Source: Squalus acanthias (Eukaryota). Taken from it: DNA of 64,000 nt. Shown here in pieces: positions 12,501 to 24,970 of the stretch; the stretch's first letter is position 1, and each line of letters begins with the position of its first letter. A program made the translations under genes and the position numbers. The notes beneath the pieces were generated by a model. That model searched no databases. It was given only the letters and a program-made list of their open reading frames with translations, and was not told the origin of the DNA. The stretch covers positions 48,672,001 through 48,736,000 of the forward strand of contig CM059432.1 of NCBI GenBank assembly GCA_030390025.1. The letters run 5' to 3'.

Positions 12501-12800
12501 TACTATAAGATATGGATTTAGTGAACCCCTTAACCACAGTGCAGTGTGAAGGGCTACTTGTGCAGCTACTAATTTTAGAGGGTAAGCAGTGCGTTGGTGC
12601 CCAGGTGCTTAAAAAAGAAGAAAATGGCCAATGTGTTACCTTGCACTTAATGGCACTGCCACCTTCCTTCACCTGGCAAGCAAGCCATTTTTTTGCTGTT
12701 TCCTCATATGGACACCTAGCAGTCTTTCTCTCCTTTGTTGCCTCTCATCTAGAAGTGTCTGAAGGTGTCTTAAAGCAGGCACATGAGCCTCCTTTGCAGC
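9515..12800 (-). mobile_element. PIF/Harbinger remnant (Myb/SANT partner gene region), interrupted by a solo LTR
   Basis: Joining the LTR flanks gives a minus-strand match to 46711-46750 (agacaggcactaaggg..tgcacaag). ORF fragments (MEAQTAAI, HAVLSQEDS) resemble 46016-46639. Boundaries approximate. Confidence 0.7.
9725..11398 (+). mobile_element. Solo LTR (1674 bp) of an LTR retrotransposon or endogenous retrovirus
   Basis: TGTA...TACA termini, 4-bp TSD GCCC (9721-9724 / 11399-11402), TATAAT at 10325, AATAAA at 11148, CpG-rich, no pol ORF. Confidence 0.8.
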
Positions 12801-12992
12801 TATCTGATAGTCAACTCGCTGTGCCAAATACCCCCCTAGTTACCTGCAGCTCTCCGAACCTATACACTTCACTGCGGTAAACTGCAATGGGAACAAGGCA
12901 ACCTGAAATTGCTAAAATGGGCAGTTGGATTTTTATTGTAAAAGGAGTCAGGAAACTAACTAATTGTGAGATAGGATTTGATTTGACTCATT

Positions 12993-13578
12993 GGGGGAAA
13001 AATTCAGGTTGTTTTGCGCCTCCCGTCAGCAGGTGGTTAGCGGCGGCAAACTTGGCTCACGCCCCCTGACCTACCGCCGGAGGCTATGTCTGATAGGGTC
13101 AGGGGGGCATTTTTGTGGCTGGGGTGGCGATATTAAAGGGCAAGTGCTGGGCGGCCTTTTTTTTGGGCCGCCTGCCAGCACCTGCCCCCTCTGGCCACCT
13201 TCTGCGGGGTGCTGGCTGCGATCCATCAGCCTAGCACTCCTTTTGAGTGCCGGGCTCTTTTGCCGGCACCCCGCTCCCTGGTGGTCCAGCAGGGCCCTGG
13301 TGTGCGCTGCGCTAGGCCCCTCCCCTTTAATCAGGGGAGGGAGGCCTGTAGTATTGCAGAGCTACGTGCCGACGCGCGTGGCACTGCTGCACGTAGCACC
13401 GTGATATTCAATGGGAGCGCCCCAAGAAGGAGGGGGAGCGCTTGCAGTAGTGCCCCGCCTCCTGCTTGGGGCGCTACCATTGAATTTTGGGCGCGGGGGT
13501 GCTAACTTTTTCGGGGCGCTAAAAGTAGCACCCCGGCAAAGTTAGCGCCCCAAAGGGGGCGCGAGGCAATTTCCCCCC
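12993..13578. mobile_element. PIF/Harbinger MITE
   Basis: GGGGGAAAAATT ... AATTTCCCCCC termini, TAGCGCC motifs; TSD ambiguous. Confidence 0.8.
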
Positions 13579-14933
13579 TATTTTGTTCTAAAAGGAGCAA
13601 GGATTATTGCTGAAAATTCTGTAGCTGTCAACCCAAGTAATTTGATGGAGCCTAATAAGTCAATACTGCAGACTTTCCACAACTGCTGCAAGCAAAAAAA
13701 TCCAGGAATTTGTTCATTGTTTGGACAACACGGAAAAGATAATTTTAATCATTTCCCTTTCACAGGGAAATTATATTCCATTAGGCTACAGATTTATAAT
13801 AAAGGATTCTGAAATCCAACCAGATGCTCAACAAAATGAACAAACACCATTATCAACACTTTTGTAATTAATTTAACTTGATCTGAGTCCAGCATTTTTC
13901 CACTGAGATGTTCAGAGGTACAAAGAATAATTCCTTTAAAACTCTAGGCAGTGTTATTTTTTGTCTCTGGGGATCTAGTAAAAGGGGATTATAAATATTT
14001 TATACACCAGGTTTTCATTTTGCCATCATACAAATGAATCTCATTCTCCAATCACTGACATTTATGAGCATTATTATGCTTTTTGGCTAGTTTAATGGCA
14101 TTTTCTTTTTAACATATTTTCTCATGTTATTAAGTTGTAAACGAAAAGGCCTTTCTCCAAAGTATTTGAAGAACTGAGCCTAAAATGGCATATTCTAATC
14201 TTTTGAGCACAGTATTTTGTGTTTAGAGTACCTGGGATCTGAATCATACTGGTTGGAAATGCACAGCATGAACTGGATCCAGACCACTAAGCTGTGTAAT
14301 GACAAAAATGCTGTTTTTGCAGAAAAGTCCAATGATTCTTTTTATAACTAAGCCCAATATTTTTATTGTTCAGCATAGTCTGCAGCCCCACTGGGACTCC
14401 ATCGACATGGAGCAAGGAAAAAACACATTATTTTTCCAAAGTCATTCTGACATCTACTAAATTCCACAAATAATATTTCACAACATTTTGGATAAAAATA
14501 CAGAAATGAAAAGCTGCAATTTACAGTAACATCGAAAAACATTATTGTGCTTTATTCCTTTTGTAGAATGTAATTTATCTTCATTCCATAAAATATCAGG
14601 TAATATAAAAAAAGGGCAATGGTGCTCAATATTTTTTAATTGATGTATATTTCTATTGCCAGGGTTCTACCACAAATTTCATCCTTGGATGTTTCTTGAC
14701 TGCAATGAAGGCTCCTTCAGCAAGGTGTGGGTAACAGAGAGACTGACAATATCATACGCTTCACTCTACCACCTCCCCACCACTCACTTCTTTGTAGCAC
14801 TTTACCTGGTGACTTGACAGCAACCTGGAGAAATTCACCTGAGTGCACCTGACAAGGTGTCAATGAGCAATGTAGAAGTAAAGTCAGTTTCCAAAATGAG
14901 TTTCTGCAATGTAATTTTACTTATAATATACAG

Positions 14934-15642
14934 AGGCCTAGAAATTGGCCTCCTTAGCGCCTCCCATTATCGCCTCCGGGAGGCGATAATGGGGCGCTAA
15001 GCACTTACCGACTGGGCGCGGCGAGAAGATCGACTCCTGCTATATTCGGCAGGAGGGTTGCGGCGGCGGTATGACGTTGCGCCCCGATCTCCTTCGCCCA
15101 GAGATCGTGACGTCATCTCCGTGCGCATCGCCCCGGACCCGAACTTCGGTTCTGCCCCCTGCAGCATCGCCAGGCGAAAACACCGGCAGCTGCAGGAGGC
15201 GTTCATCCGGAGGCCGGGCGCTTCGGGGACGATATTTAAAGGCGAGGTGGCCGAGGTAAGTGGAAAAAATAGTGAAATGCTCTTTCTCTTTTTTTTCCAT
15301 TTCTCTTCTCCAGCGATGGATCAGCCTGGCGCTCTGCTGCAGTGCATCGGGCTGATCGGGCCGGATCGCGGCTGCCGTCGGGGACCAGGTAAGTTTTCCC
15401 CTTGCAGAGCCTGCAGCGATGGCCCTTCCCTTTAAGGAAGGGAAGGAGCCTTCCAATGCGGCAGTGCTGCAGGGCCCATTGTGCAGCGTTGCACACCTAC
15501 CGCCCCGCCTGCTGCGCTCCACTTCCTTCCTGGAGCGCAAACCCCAAATTTTTTAAAAGTTGAAAAACATTAGCACCTGGCGCTAATTTTTGCAACTTAT
15601 AAAAGTTAGCGCCCCAAACGGGGTGATACCGAATTTCTCCCC
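14934..15642. mobile_element. PIF/Harbinger MITE family 2, copy A
   Basis: AGGCCTAGAAATT ... AATTTCTCCCC termini, CAG TSD; homologous to 40436-41152. Confidence 0.85.
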
Positions 15643-15854
15643 CAGGGTATTTTGATGTCCTGTAACATTCAATGAGATAAAACTGATCAGCACTGCAATG
15701 ATACAATAGTGCTTTGAATTGCATGGCACGGTTATGGAAGTTTGCTCTCCTTTTCAATCGCTGATACCAATTTTCTTAAAATTTTAGACTGTATGCTTAC
15801 CAGGTGTGTACAGACCATCTGCTAATCAATCCTCTGTCTTTACACAGTACCAGC

Positions 15855-16232
15855 GGTTTGAAACATATAAGATTCTGAGGGGGATTGACAGAATTACTGC
15901 TGAGAGGTTGTTTCCCCTGGCTGGAGAGTCTAGAACTAGGGGGCATAGTCTCAGGATAAGCGGTCAGCCTTTTAAGACTGAGATGAGAAGGAATTTCTTC
16001 ACTCAGAGGGCTGTGAATTTTTGGAATTCTCTACCCCAAAGGGCTGTGGATTCTCAATCGTTGACTATATTCAAGGCTGAGAGAGATAGATTTTTGGACT
16101 CTTGAGTAATCAAGGGATATGGGGATAGGGTAGGAAAGTGGAGTTGAGGTCAAAGATCAGCCATGATATTATTGAATGGCGGAGCAGGCTCAAGGGGCCG
16201 TATGGCCTACTCCTGCTCCTAATTCTTATGTT
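15855..16232 (+). mobile_element. CR1 LINE 3' fragment
   Basis: ETYKILRGIDR...TRGHSL...FFTQRAVNFWNSLP; CR1-type 3' UTR. Confidence 0.92.
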
Positions 16233-16295
16233 TTTAAATATTTATTCTTTACCTAGTTTATGCTTCCCAAGAGCCTCAGAGTCATTACGTGTGTC

Positions 16296-17835
16296 CCATG
16301 GCACTTTACAGGAGCATCATCAGGCAAAAATTGCACCCCATCCACCACCTTAAACATTCACTCCCTCCACCACCGGCTGTTAGCGAGGGAGTGCCAGGAT
16401 TTTGACCCAGCGACGATGAAGGATTGGTGATATACTTCTAAGTCAGGATGGTGTGTGACTTGGAGGGGAACTTGGAGGTGATGGTGTTCCCATGCCTCTG
16501 CTGCCCTTGTCCTTTAGGTGGAAGAGGTCGCGGGTTTGGGAGGTGCTGCCGAAGGAGCCTTGGCGAGTTGCTGCAGTGCATCTTGTAGATGGTACACACT
16601 GCAGCCACGGTACGCCGGTGGTGGAGGGAGTGAATGTTTAAGGTGGTGGATGGGGTGCCAATCAAGCGGGCTGCTTTGTCCTGGATGGTGTCGAGCTTCT
16701 TGAGTATTGTTGGAGCTGCATTCATCCAGGCAAATGGAGAGTATTCCATCACACTCCTTACTTGTGCCTTGTAGATGGTGGAAAGTCTTTGGGGAGTCAG
16801 GAGGTGAGACACTCGCCACAGAATACCTAGCTTCTGACCTGCTCTTGTTGCCACAGTATTTATGTGGCTGGTCCAGTTAAGTTTCTGAGCTAAAGAAGGA
16901 GATATTAGGAAGGGTGACTAAAAGCTTGGTCAGAGAGGTTGTTTTTAAGGAGCGTCTTAGAGAAGGAGAGAGGTGGAGAGGCAGAGAGGTTTAGGGAGGG
17001 AATTTCAGAGCTTAGGGCTTAGACGGTGAAGGCACGGCCACAAATAGTGGGGTGAAGGCAGTGGGGAATGCGTAAGAGGCCAGAGTTGGAGGAACGCAGA
17101 GTTCTTGGAGGGTTGTAGGGCTGGAGGAAGTTACAGAGATAAGGAGGGGCGAGGCCATGGAGAGATTTGAACATGAGGATCAGAATTTTAAAATTGAGGT
17201 GCTGGTAGGTCAATGAGAACAGGGGTGATGGGTAAATGGGACCTGATGCGGGTTAGAATACAAGCAGCAGAGTTTTGAATGAGCTCAAATTTACAGAGGG
17301 TGGAAAATAGTTTGCCTGCTAGGAGAGCACTGGAATAATTGAGTCTGGAGGTAACAAAAGCATGGATGAGGGTTTCAGCAGCAGATTAACTGAAGCAGAG
17401 GATGGGTGATGTTACGGAGGTGGAAGTAGGCGATCTTTGTGATGGAGAGGATATCGGGTCAGAAGTTCAGCTTAGTGTCAAATAGGATGCCGAGATTATA
17501 AACAGTCTGGTTCAGCCTGAGACAGTGGCCAGGAGGGAGGATGGAATTGGTGGAGAGGGAACTGATGAGGCAGAGCTGGTTGTAATCAGCGTACATGTGG
17601 AACCTGATGTCGCCGAGGGGTAGCTTGTAGATTAGAAATATGATGGGCCAAGGATAGATCCTTGGGTGGCTCCAGAGGTAACGGCGTGGGGGGCGGGCAG
17701 AAATGCCATTGCAGGAGAGTCTGTGGCTATGACTGGATAGGTAAGAGTGGAAGAAGGCAAGGGCAGTCCCACTCAGCTGGACAGCGGAGGAGAGGTGTTG
17801 GAGGAGGATGGTGTGGTCAACTGTATCAAAGACAT
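16296..17835 (-). mobile_element. L2-type LINE 3' portion, degraded and interrupted
   Basis: FDTVDHTILLQ, FKILILMFKSLHGLAPPYL motifs; 3' region homologous to 58843-59400. Confidence 0.8.
16333..16887 (-). mobile_element. Internal fragment of the ORF1-less CR1-clade LINE with a 45-bp inverted copy, inserted in L2
   Basis: IYKAQVRSVMEYSP...LDTIQDKAARLIG ORF; 16333-16377 is the exact reverse complement of 16614-16658. Confidence 0.88.
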
Positions 17836-18034
17836 ATGACGAGGTCAAGTGCACACTGATGGTAGCAGAATGCACAGTCAATTCACAATCTTCTCTGTGA
17901 TCTGCTCTCCCTTCCAAGCTCAATCATCAAACTGCCATTTAAACAATGTGCTGAATTGCATCATCTGATACCACAGCAATATCATGCCACAACCAGAATG
18001 GGAAATTAGTTTGAAAATGGATTTTTTAAAACAA

Positions 18035-18508
18035 GAAAAAGAAAAGAAAGACTTGCATTTATATCGCGCCTTTCATGACCTCAGGATGTCCCAAAGCACT
18101 TTACAGCCAATGAAGTACTTTTGAATTGTAGTCACTGTTGTAATGTCAGAAATGCGGCAGCCAATTACGCACAGCAAGCCCCTACAGACAGCAATGTGAT
18201 GATGACCAGATAATCTGTTTTTTTTAGTGATGTTGGTTGAGGGATAAATATTGGCAGGACACCGGGGAGAGCTCCCCTGCTCTTCTTCGAAATAGTGCCA
18301 TGGGATCTTTTACGTCCACCTGAGAGGGCAGACAGGACCTTGATTAACGTCTCCTCCGAAAGACGGCACCTCCAACAGTGCAGCACTCCCTCAGTACTAC
18401 ACTGGAGTGTCAGCTTAGATTTTTGTGCTCATGTCCCTGGAGTGGGACTTGAACCCACATCCTTCAGACTCAGAGGCAAGAGTGCTACCAACTGAGCCAC
18501 AGCTGACA
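18035..18508 (-). mobile_element. tRNA-headed DeuSINE (SacSINE1/AmnSINE1-like)
   Basis: A box TGGCTCAGTTGG, B box GGTTCAAGTCC, Deu-domain core (ctctcaggtggacgtaaaagatcccatggcactatt), L2-like 3' tail tataaatgcaagt. Confidence 0.85.
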
Positions 18509-18834
18509 CAATACCATATATAGTGATATAATTTACATGAAATCTTTTCATATTTAATAGAGAAGACAACACATCACATTTTAATTTGAGAACTGTAGGT
18601 TATTTAAGGGCAGACCTCATCAAAATATTAAATAATTTGGATAAAGTAAAGCCAAATTATTCCTTCAAAGTACAGCAAGAAAGTAGGACCAGAGGGCATA
18701 AATGGAAATGATTGAAAATTAAATTTAGAAAAACAGGAAAAGAATCTTTACTCAGATTGATAAATGTTTGCAATATCTATTGGATAAGATAATAGAGGCC
18801 AAAACTTTGGGGTTGTTCCAAATACAATTAAATG

Positions 18835-20066
18835 CCATTAGGGGAGACTTAATGTCATAGAGAAAAGAGCTTTAATGTGCCAAATACCTTTCTTTACCTC
18901 TGACTCTTAAGTAATTACTGGAACCATTTTCCCTTTGAAAATCCATTTGATGAGAAAGTCCAAAGTATAAATATTCAAAACCCATCCACATACAGCAATA
19001 CAGTAATTAGAGCTTGTACGAACTGCAAACCACACATGAATGCAGTGCAACCTATCTTTTTTAACCTCTTTATCTAATTAGCTTTCTTTACCATTATGGG
19101 AGACTTAGGGGTAAAAATTCAGTTGGTTGCGCCTCCCGTTAGCGCCTTAAGAGGGCGCTAATGGGGCGCTAACGCCCGGGCGCAGCGATGTTTGCGCCGC
19201 TCGGGAACTTAACTAGAGATTGTGCGGCGGCGCTAAACTTTACCGCTGCGACCACCTGCGCGCGCAGATTGTGACGTCATTCCATGGTGCAACGCCCTTG
19301 TGGCGCCCCGGAGCGGAAATTGAGTGGCGCCCCCTGCCTTACCGCCTGGCGCATCCAACGACCAGAAGACTGGAACGCTATCAATCGCTGTGGGGCTGGG
19401 GGGGGGGGCGCTATTTAAAGGGGGCCTCTTCCTGTCTTTTATTGTTGGTGGCATTTTTGAACTATGCATTCTGAGAGAGAGAGGGAGAGACTTCTGGAGA
19501 GATTCAACGTTGTGTGAAGGAGTTTTGGGTACTGAGCAGCACTTTGCAGGTTCATTTTGATTTGCCATTCCTTGTATCGATTTAGCAGAGACTGTGGGAG
19601 CTGCACTCTGAGCTCTTTGCCTGGTACTCTCCATTGTTCTTTCCAGCACATTTGATGTGCAAGTCTCTCCAGGCCGAGATTCAAGGCTGCAATGAACAGG
19701 ATGTGGATGGAAAGCAAGATTAACCATCCCCTTTAAGAACTGGCCCGTGCCATTGTGTGTGTGTTCCATTGCTGACTGACATTACATGAGCTTCGCCAGC
19801 GCTCTGAGTTAGCGCCTCACTCCTTGGCCTTTGCGCCTTAAGACAGGTGTGCAGCGCCTGCTTTAGCGCTCCACTCACCTCCCGGGGCGGTAAAAGTGAA
19901 GTTTCCAGTCAGTGCTGATAATTAGCGCCAGGCGCTAATATTTGCGTCCGGACGATATTTGCGCCCCAAATGGGGCGCGACCTAATTTTACCCCCTTAAT
20001 GTCATAGAGAAAAAAGCTTTAATGTGCCAAATACCTTTCCTTACCTCTGACTCTTAAGTAATTACT
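18835..20066 (+). repeat. Local ~85-bp direct duplication; second copy split by a MITE
   Basis: 18835-18919 matches 19091-19107 plus 19999-20066. Confidence 0.9.
19108..19995. mobile_element. PIF/Harbinger MITE family 1, copy B
   Basis: TTA TSD (19105-19107 / 19996-19998); near-identical to 6251-7144. Confidence 0.93.
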
Positions 20067-20439
20067 TAATTAATATGGCATAAATATTATTAGGTAGCAC
20101 AGGAATGCCCCCAAAGTCACTATTCAACTTTATGGGAGCAGGCTGAAGAAGCACCTGACTCCTGGAACACAATTCGTGGGGGAATTTAAGTCAGGTGGAT
20201 ACCTAGCAGATCTAGGCTCTGCCCAAATCACAGACCTCTGCCATAATTGTACTGCAGGCCAAACTTTCTAGCCTAATATGTTCTTTTTTTAACAACTTTA
20301 AATAACTTAAAAAATAATATAATCCATTTGATGTGTAAATAAATATACTCGGCCATGGATGGTTTATGAAAAATAAACCATCTCCAGCACTTGTCATTTA
20401 TATGGGCAGCACTGTGTTCTGTAAACTACTGGTTCTCAA

Positions 20440-20984
20440 CATACAAAAATAAAATACTGCAGATGCTGGAAATCTGAAATAAAAACAGAAAATGCTGGAG
20501 ACACTCAGCAGGTCAGGCAGCATCTGTGAAGAGAGAAACAGAGTTAACGTTTCAGGTCGATGACCTTTCATCAGAACTGGAAAAAAGCAGGAAATGAAAC
20601 AGATTTTTAAGCAAGTGTAGGAGCTGGGAAAGGGGGGAGGGGATGAAAGAACAAAAGGGAAGGTCTGTGATAGGATAGAAGGCAGGAGAGGTTAAGAGAC
20701 ATTAAGAGATATTCAAGGCAAAAGGAGATGGTAATGGGACAGGTTAAGAAACAAAAAATGGCTCTAGATGAAGTGTAAATTGTGCAGAATGAAAGACAGC
20801 TGCCATGTGGGAGAGAAAAGAAAACACAAACATAAAAAAAAGTGTGGAAAAAAAATATATATGAAAGGGGCCGAGGTTATGATCTGAAATTGTTGAACTC
20901 TATGTTGAGTCCAGAAGGCTGTAAAGTGCCTAATCGAAAGATGAGGTGCTGTTCCTCGAGTTTACGTTGAGCTTCAGTGGAACA
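20440..20984 (-). mobile_element. Penelope-like retroelement 3' end (GIY-YIG C-terminus plus pseudo-LTR)
   Basis: 20984-20877 reads CSTEAQRKLEEQHLIFRLGTLQPSGLNIEFNNFRS*, typical of the PLE GIY-YIG endonuclease tail; followed by a pyrimidine-rich UTR and a hammerhead. Confidence 0.88.
20542..20578 (-). ncRNA. Minimal hammerhead ribozyme motif (Penelope-type, family A)
   Basis: Minus strand AGUU-CUGAUGA-A-AGGUC auc GACCU-GAAA-CGU-U-AACU. Confidence 0.8.
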
Positions 20985-22648
20985 ATACCCTTTATGGAAT
21001 TCATCTCTGGATCATCCACCAGTCTAAGTATACAGTCCTTGCTAAACATTCAGTTGAGATTTCCACTAGAAATATACCAACAAGACATCACACTGTGCAT
21101 ATTGACAGTGGGGAAAATGATGGCTTAAACTAAGCCATATACGTATCGAACAAAATGCAGAAATGCAGGCACAATAATGTTCAGATGGTAGCTTGAAAAG
21201 CAATCTCAACATGACGGATAGATTATCCATTTCTACTAATATATAATGAAGCTCTGAGAAATGTCATCAGAGAGAAGTGTTTCTCCCCCCACCCCCCAGG
21301 TTAGATAAACGATAGAACTGTGCTAAATCGAAAGTCTGTTTGCTCCGGTTTTCCCCATTCTGTTAATTGCCGCCCTGAACATGCATTCGTCTGTGGCCCG
21401 TAAGTAGGTTGCATTTGTAAATGTCACATCTCTTGCTGCTAATGACTGTTTCAACTTGCAGATGTTTCCAATAGGTTACACTGATATTAATCATGTGAAC
21501 ATTACCTTTTGCCTTTCTATTTATCTTCAAGCTGTGTGAGGTTCTTGGGTATTCACCTTCACACATTGCAGTGAGCCAACCAACCAGTCAAACACCACCT
21601 GCTCATGACATATACTGATCCAGATGTAATTTTTTGTCATTGTATTCAAAGTAGAGAGCAAGTCAGCAAAGCAATTTAAATACAACCCCAAATAATTGCA
21701 GAAAATGAATTACTTTGTCACTGGAGTTTTCTGCAGAACAGCATTGATAAGGCTCTTAATTACCTTATTAAAAGAGACACCTTATGAAGTAAATAGGTAA
21801 AGCAGCGAGTAAATATCCTCTTTATGATCTTTTAAATTTCCAAATTAGACAGATTGAGGATTCAGGGCAATGAACTCAAATTTACCATAATCTAAGACCC
21901 ATTCTTACTGCAATCCCTGCCCAACCCAGCCTAACATGAGACATTATTACTTAGAGGCGCTGTTTAGTAACTCCACTTCTGCATCAGTAACTGCACCCAG
22001 TGATGCTGTTGATCCCATTCTACCTCATTATTTCATTAAGAATAATCCCCACCACCAATTCCCGCTCCCCCCTCCCGAATGTTTAACGACCAAGAAACCA
22101 GCAAAACTCACCAAGGCAAATTTTTTCTCTCTTATTGGAGCTTGACTGTAATTTATTTTTTACAAAATATGAAATATATCTTAACAGTGCCATTACGTGG
22201 GGGCTGTTGCCCTGTTGCAGTGCTTTACACAAAGTACTATCAAAACTTCACTAAACTCTATTTGTTAAAAATCCTAATCTTGAAACTAACTAAAATCATA
22301 TTACAGTGAAGTCTGTTTCTCCCAATCATACCACATAAGACACATCATTTGACAAATATTTGATCAGAGATCAGTCAAAAGAAGTAGAAAAACATTACCA
22401 TCATGGGCTTGTATCCTGACTGTCTCCAGCAACAACCTCTACAATAATCCACAACTAGACAGCAAATATACATATACTGGTCCTAGTTTAGGATTGCTTG
22501 AATTAGCAGAGGAATAAATAAAATAGAGTTACCCAGAGACACGAAAGCAAATAAATGAGACAAAGTGAATATGCAAACAATGCAAAGATTAAAAAGCATG
22601 ACAGTATCTCTCAAGCAAAGTCATGGCCGGATCTACAGCAAATGATAA

Positions 22649-22804
22649 GGGTATTTTTGACTTTAGGTGACATCAGTTCAGCCGCACGTTATACATCTCT
22701 CTGGATTTTCATTTCCATTGACTGCAATCAGTAGAGATGTATAATGGGCGGCTGAATTAATATCGCCCGTTTTACACTGTCAGTCAGAGTCAAATTTACC
22801 CCCC
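22649..22804. mobile_element. Short palindromic MITE-like element
   Basis: GGGTATTTTTGACT ... AGTCAAATTTACCCCCC ends; internal arms ttcagccgc.cgttatacatctct / agagatgtataatgggcggctgaa. Confidence 0.6.
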
Positions 22805-23579
22805 GATATCTCACTGCTAGTCCTCCTTCTTTCTATGACTTCCACACAGAAGCAAGTGGACACAAGAAGCTGCATCTCCTCACTCCTGGTGGAATTTTGA
22901 ATAGTCAAAAAAGGATGGAGCTCCAGGGTAACCAGGTCCTGTCTCAAATTCCTCCCCGCCCACCCTGATAATGGCAGTTTAGTACCACCAGGGTCAAAGA
23001 ATTTCACAGTTAAGATCGTGGCTTTGTTGGAGTAAAGAACAAATAAATAGGAGGGTGAGCTCTCCTGTTGGCTCAGTTGATAATTGCACTGCCTAATGTG
23101 AAACACAGCCTCATAAACCAGAGGTATCTCAGTTTGATGGCTGATCTGTGCTGAGTCAGCTCATCTCACAGTTGGAGGAAGAAAAATCAGCTAGGATATC
23201 CAGTGACAAGCTTTTGGGTGGAGCTGTTGAGTAAGGACAGGAGGGAATTTGGCTATGCTATCCCCTATGGTTGAATAGCCAGCAGAAACAGTGGCCTAGA
23301 AATCCGTTGGCATCGTGCTCATTATCAGGCGCAAAAGGAGCCTAAGTGTTCGAATGGTGGGTGGCCTGAAATACGTAAAACAAAGAATAAAATACATAAA
23401 TAAGAGCCTTACGCTTGTTGTAGGACCTTTTTATGATATTGGTCTTCCGCAGCGCCTGACTCGCCATGTGATAAACTCACTCTGCAACTCACGGTGCTAA
23501 TGAGCAGGAAAGTACCTTCAGCAGTGCTATTTAAAGGGCTCATTCACTACATAGAGGTTAATTGCTGATTTGTCCTTTT

Positions 23580-23807
23580 CTTCAGCCCCCACTTCCTTCA
23601 GCCTGTCATTGGTGGCTGCGCCATCAGCCGTCTAGGCCCTAAGCTCCGAATTCTCTCTTTAAACCTCTCTCTTCTTCTGAAAACCTACCTCTTTGTCTAA
23701 GTTTTTGGTCACTTGCCTAATGTCTCCTTCTTTGGCTCGATGTCACTTTTTGTCTGATTGCGCTCCTGAGAAACACCTTGGGACATTTTACTACATTAAA
23801 GGTGCTA
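23580..23807 (+). mobile_element. L2-type LINE 3' end
   Basis: ccttgggacattttactacattaaaggtgcta tail; matches the reverse complement of ~58860-59120. Confidence 0.7.
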
Positions 23808-24970
23808 GAAAGGAGAAAATAGAAAAACATCTAGAAACCAAAAATATAATGAATAGTCAACATGGATTTCAAAAGGGAAAGTCTTGCTTGACCAATCTCA
23901 TTGAATTCTTTGAAGAGGTAATGGAGAGAATAGACAAGAGTAATGCAGTAGATGTAATATATCTAGATTTCCAAAAGGCCTTCGATAAGGTATCACACAA
24001 TAGGCTAACGAATAAGATCACAGCATGTGGAGTCAGGGGACAAGTAGCAGAATGGATATCTAGCTGGCTGCAAGACAGAAAGGAGAAAGTAAGGGGTAAA
24101 GGGTAGCGATTCAGAGTGGCAGAAGGTAGAAAGTGGGGTCCCACAAGGATCAGTCCTGGGACCACTGTTGTTCACAATTTATATTAACAATTTAGACTTT
24201 GGAATTAAAAACACAATTTCTAAATTTGTGGATGACACCAAATTGGGAGGGATAGCCAACACTGAGGAAGACTGCAACAAATTGCAAAAAGACATTAATA
24301 AACTTGTAGAATGGGCATATAATTGACAAATTAATTTCAATGTAAATAAGTGTGAGGTATTACAATTTGGTAAGAAAAATAAGGAGGTCACATATTACTT
24401 GGAAAAGTAGAATCTAAATGGAGTAGAGGATCTGGGACCACAAATACACAAATCACTAAAAGTTGCGGCGCAGGTCAATAAAGCCATAACAAAAGCAAAC
24501 CAAGCACTAGGGTCTATTTCTAGAGGGATAGAATTGAAAAATAGAGAAGTTATGCTAAACTTGTATCGAACCTTGGTTAGACCATACTTGGAGTACTGTG
24601 TACAGTTCAGGTCGCCATATTATAAAAAGGATATAGAGACACTGGAGAGGGTGCCAGAAAGATTTACAAGGATAATACCAGAACTATGAGGTTATACCTA
24701 TCAGGAAAGGATGAGCAGACTGGGTCTCTTTTAAGGCTGAGGGGTGACCTAATAAGAGGTCTTTAAAATTATGAAAGGTTTTGATAGAGTAGATACAGAG
24801 AGAATGCTTCCACTTGTGGGGAAGAGCAAAACTAGAGGCCATAAATATAAGATAGTCACCAAATAATCAAATAGGGAATTCAGAAGAAACTTATTTACCC
24901 AGAGAGTGGTGAGAATGTGGAACTCGTTACCGCAGGGAGTAGTTGAGGCGAATAGTAGAGATGCATTAGA
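23808..24970 (+). mobile_element. CR1 LINE ORF2 fragment
   Basis: QHGFQKGKSCLTNLIEFFE, YLDFQKAFDKV motifs; stops and frameshifts. Confidence 0.92.

Noticed and set aside
23060..23285. Possible old tRNA-derived SINE
   Set aside because: Only an A-box-like TGGCTCAGTTG is visible; too degraded to call without a database search.
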